From: Myxococcales bacterium
GTDB taxonomy: Bacteria > Myxococcota_A > Polyangia > Polyangiales > Polyangiaceae
DNA length: 64,000 nucleotides
Direction: 5' to 3'
Assembly (NCBI GenBank): GCA_043747615.1
Contig: JAYTOU010000057.1
Span: forward strand, 64,001 to 128,000
Shown here: piece by piece, positions 61,431 through 64,000 of the stretch
Position numbering within the stretch: the stretch's first letter is position 1
How the letters are laid out: the number at the start of each line of letters is the position of its first letter
Notes under the pieces: model-generated
What the model was told of the DNA's origin: nothing
Seen by the model: the letters and a program-made list of their open reading frames with translations, nothing else
The model's database searches: none
Translations under genes and position numbers: made by a program

Positions 61431-63050
61431 ATGCTTCGTCGCTTTAATCGCCTCGCTCCCTTCGGCTTGGCAGCAGCGGTCTTTGCGTTCGGCTCTCACG
61501 AGCGCACTGCGGAGGCATGCGGAGGTTACTTCTCACCACCTCAGGCGACGGAGAGAACGGTGGTGACCGATCACCGGATGGCGTTCTCGATTTCGCAACA
61601 GCAGACCGTGCTCTGGGATCAGATCCGCTACGCTGGCGACCCGAAGGAGTTTGCCTGGGTGCTTCCGGTGCAGCCCGGCGCGACCGTCGAGCTATCTCAC
61701 GACGAATGGTTCGCGGCCCTCGACGCAAGCACGCAGCCCGTGATCTCAGAGCCCTACCGCAGCTACGGAGGCGGCGGTTGCGCGCTCGGTGGGTGCAATG
61801 GCAGCGCAGACTCGACCAGTGCAGTGCCAGGCGCGGGGCAGGTTCAGATCATCAGCCAGAGCGTGATCGGTCCGTACGAAACCGTCACTCTTCGCGCCAC
61901 CGATCCGAAGGCGCTCATCAACTGGCTGAACGAGCACGCCTACGAGATTCCGCCGGCGATTCAGCCCACCATCGATTCCTACACCTCGGAGGGCTTCGAC
62001 TTCATCGCGCTTCGCCTGCGCCCGATCTGCAACGAGCGTTCGATGAAGCCGGTGCGCATCGTCAGCCCCGGCGCGGACGCGACGTTGCCGCTTCGCATGA
62101 TCGCCGCGGGTGTCGGCGAGCGCGTCGGTCTCACCCTCTACGTGATCAGCGAAGGGCGCTATCACCCGCAGAATTTCCCCGACGCCGTGATTGACTACTC
62201 GAAGCTCACCTGGGATCGAACGCAGAGCCGGTCGAACTACGAAGAGCTCTCGATCGCTGCAATGGGCGAGAGCAACGGCCGCTCATGGCTCACCGAGTCC
62301 GCCAATCACCCGCAGCTCTTTCCGGCCAACAGCAACAACCCTGGGTATTACAACAACGGCGGCTACAACAACGGGGGCTACCCGTCGGGCGGTGGGTACA
62401 GCGGAAATCCCGGATTGGCCGACGCATACCTGGCGTCGTGCAGAAGCCCAAGCTACCGCGCGCCGAGCGGCTCGGGATCAGCGAACGGTCAAGGGACGAC
62501 GCCTCCCCAGCCGTGCGATCGCGGCATGGGGGCCATGGACTCGGGGAGCGATGCGAACGTGGTGCGGGACAGCGCGCCCGAAGCTTCGGTCGATGATGCG
62601 GGTGACGCTAGCGACGCGGGCGACGGGGCAGTCGAAGCCTCAGCTCCGCCCGATGCTGGGCTCCCTCCGAAGCCTCCGCGGGATGCGGGAGCCCCCCCTA
62701 CGAACCCGCCCGACACCTCGACGTGCCCGGGCTTCGACGATCTCGACGTGGCCATGAAGGGGCTGCACGCGAACGACGTGTGGGTGACCCGCCTGCGCGC
62801 GGTGCTTCCGGTCGACGCGCTCAGCGCCGGGGACTTGCGTCTCGAGCCGACGAAGGATCCGCGGCTCGTGCAGACGAGCAGTCACACGGCGGTGCGCTAC
62901 TCCGACCAGCCTGCGCAGGATCCGCAAGCTTCGAGCTCGAGCAAGGGCTGCGCGAGCACACCGAAACAGCACGACGCATTCGGCTCGGTGATGGTGATCG
63001 GGACGACGATCCTGGGGCTCTTCTCGGTCCTCAAGCGCCGTCGCCGCTGA
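61431..63050 (+). CDS. DUF2330-domain exported protein with MYXO-CTERM-like tail
   Basis: Signal peptide then ACGGYF, FAWVLPV, WL..HAY; C-terminal GC...TM...KRRRR; AGGAG RBS. Confidence 0.82.
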   Translation: MLRRFNRLAPFGLAAAVFAFGSHERTAEACGGYFSPPQATERTVVTDHRMAFSISQQQTVLWDQIRYAGDPKEFAWVLPVQPGATVELSHDEWFAALDASTQPVISEPYRSYGGGGCALGGCNGSADSTSAVPGAGQVQIISQSVIGPYETVTLRATDPKALINWLNEHAYEIPPAIQPTIDSYTSEGFDFIALRLRPICNERSMKPVRIVSPGADATLPLRMIAAGVGERVGLTLYVISEGRYHPQNFPDAVIDYSKLTWDRTQSRSNYEELSIAAMGESNGRSWLTESANHPQLFPANSNNPGYYNNGGYNNGGYPSGGGYSGNPGLADAYLASCRSPSYRAPSGSGSANGQGTTPPQPCDRGMGAMDSGSDANVVRDSAPEASVDDAGDASDAGDGAVEASAPPDAGLPPKPPRDAGAPPTNPPDTSTCPGFDDLDVAMKGLHANDVWVTRLRAVLPVDALSAGDLRLEPTKDPRLVQTSSHTAVRYSDQPAQDPQASSSSKGCASTPKQHDAFGSVMVIGTTILGLFSVLKRRRR

Positions 63051-63064
63051 GCGCAACGAGTGCT

Positions 63065-64000
63065 CTACGCTTCCCACTCCGTATGTTGCACGACGGGAAG
63101 CTGCAGCGCTCGTTCGCGATCCAGGTCGAGATTTCCGACGTGCAAGCTGAGCGGGGTCTGCACCCACTTGTAGATGGACTGCGTGAAGAGGCGTCCGAAC
63201 TTCGCGGCCCATGTCTCGAGGCGCTCCGGAGACTCGCCGGGAAAAATAGATTTGAGGGCGAGCGCCACCTCCGCCAGGCTCATCTTCTCGCCGGCGTACA
63301 AGTAGAAGCACGCGTCGAGCACGGGGAACGGCATGAGATCCTTCTCGTCCTCCATGTTCTCGGCGAGCTCGGCCGACGCGGGCTTCAGCATCGTGAGGCG
63401 GATGGCCTCGGAGCCGGTCGTCTCGCGCACGTAGTCGAGGAGGTAGTTGACGACCGTCTTTGGCACGTTGGCAATGACCGAGAGCGCGCCCTCCATGTCA
63501 CCGCCGATCGTGGTGTATCCCACGGCTTTTTCGCTCATGTTGCTGGTTTGCAGAAAGAGCCCGGCGGCACTGTTCGCCCACGTCCACATGCGCTCTGCGC
63601 GAAGGCGAGCCTGCACGTTTTGTTTGGCGACCTGGGTGAGCGCCTCGCCGGGCTGGAGCATTCCCGTCATCGCCTCGACCTCGCGGACGAACGCGTCTTC
63701 GATCGACACCACCGCGAAAGGAACCCCGAGCTCGGTCGCCGCCGCTTCCGCCGCCGCGCGCGTTTCATCCGAGGAAAACCGGGTCGGCATGTAGAAGGCG
63801 CGAAGGTGCTCGGCGATCTTCGCCTTGCGCGCAGGAGCGGCGAGCGACGCGTACTTCCGGTGAATGAAGCGCTGGGCCAGGATGAGGCAGAGAAGGCTGT
63901 CCCTTCCGCCGGAGAGCGCGACGCCGATGGTCTTGAATGCGCGGGTCTTCTCGAAGTAGTCGCCGATGCCGAGTGAGAGCGCATCGAGGAGGTCCTCGCA
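63065..64000 (-). CDS. nadE: NAD+ synthetase, probably glutamine-dependent (C-terminal part)
   Basis: IGVALSGGRDS near 63900-63930, QNVQARLR, TSNMSEKAVGYTTIGGD, VPKT, SAEL. Confidence 0.9.
   Translation of the reverse strand, partial: CEDLLDALSLGIGDYFEKTRAFKTIGVALSGGRDSLLCLILAQRFIHRKYASLAAPARKAKIAEHLRAFYMPTRFSSDETRAAAEAAATELGVPFAVVSIEDAFVREVEAMTGMLQPGEALTQVAKQNVQARLRAERMWTWANSAAGLFLQTSNMSEKAVGYTTIGGDMEGALSVIANVPKTVVNYLLDYVRETTGSEAIRLTMLKPASAELAENMEDEKDLMPFPVLDACFYLYAGEKMSLAEVALALKSIFPGESPERLETWAAKFGRLFTQSIYKWVQTPLSLHVGNLDLDRERALQLPVVQHTEWEA

Overview
This is a GC-rich core-genome segment, most likely from a myxobacterium (Myxococcota, probably Polyangiales). That assignment rests on an MXAN_5187-family gene, a DUF2330 protein with a MYXO-CTERM-like tail and a Myxococcus-type LexA box. 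I found no rRNA, tRNA, CRISPR array, transposase or phage gene. In order, the window holds glyS (5' part), ruvB, a HisKA-only hybrid regulator paired with a full kinase, MXAN_5187, a FadL-like barrel, trxB, a cNMP protein, a triheme cytochrome, lexA, OmpA/DUF4398, an acyl-CoA ligase and NDH-2. It continues with a complete alternative complex III (actABCDEF) plus A2-type caa3-like oxidase operon with ctaB, an OPT transporter, LOG, and pxpABC next to a lipoprotein pyroglutamyl-peptidase homologue. The last third holds amtB, a sigma-54 signalling cluster, an M15 peptidase, an ACAD10/11-like dehydrogenase and kinase pair, a desaturase, egtB-egtD, DUF2330 and nadE (3' part). Signals not shown by the ORF track: (1) two broken genes whose lesions sit on perfect palindromes; (2) a -10 hexamer 5-7 nt before the start codon of many genes, suggesting leaderless mRNAs; (3) a minus-strand rod-like candidate ncRNA at about 56.6-56.75 kb; (4) a nested inverted/tandem repeat element at about 58.5-58.9 kb; (5) several sigma-54 promoters. 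All calls come from reading motifs by eye; no database search or folding computation was run.
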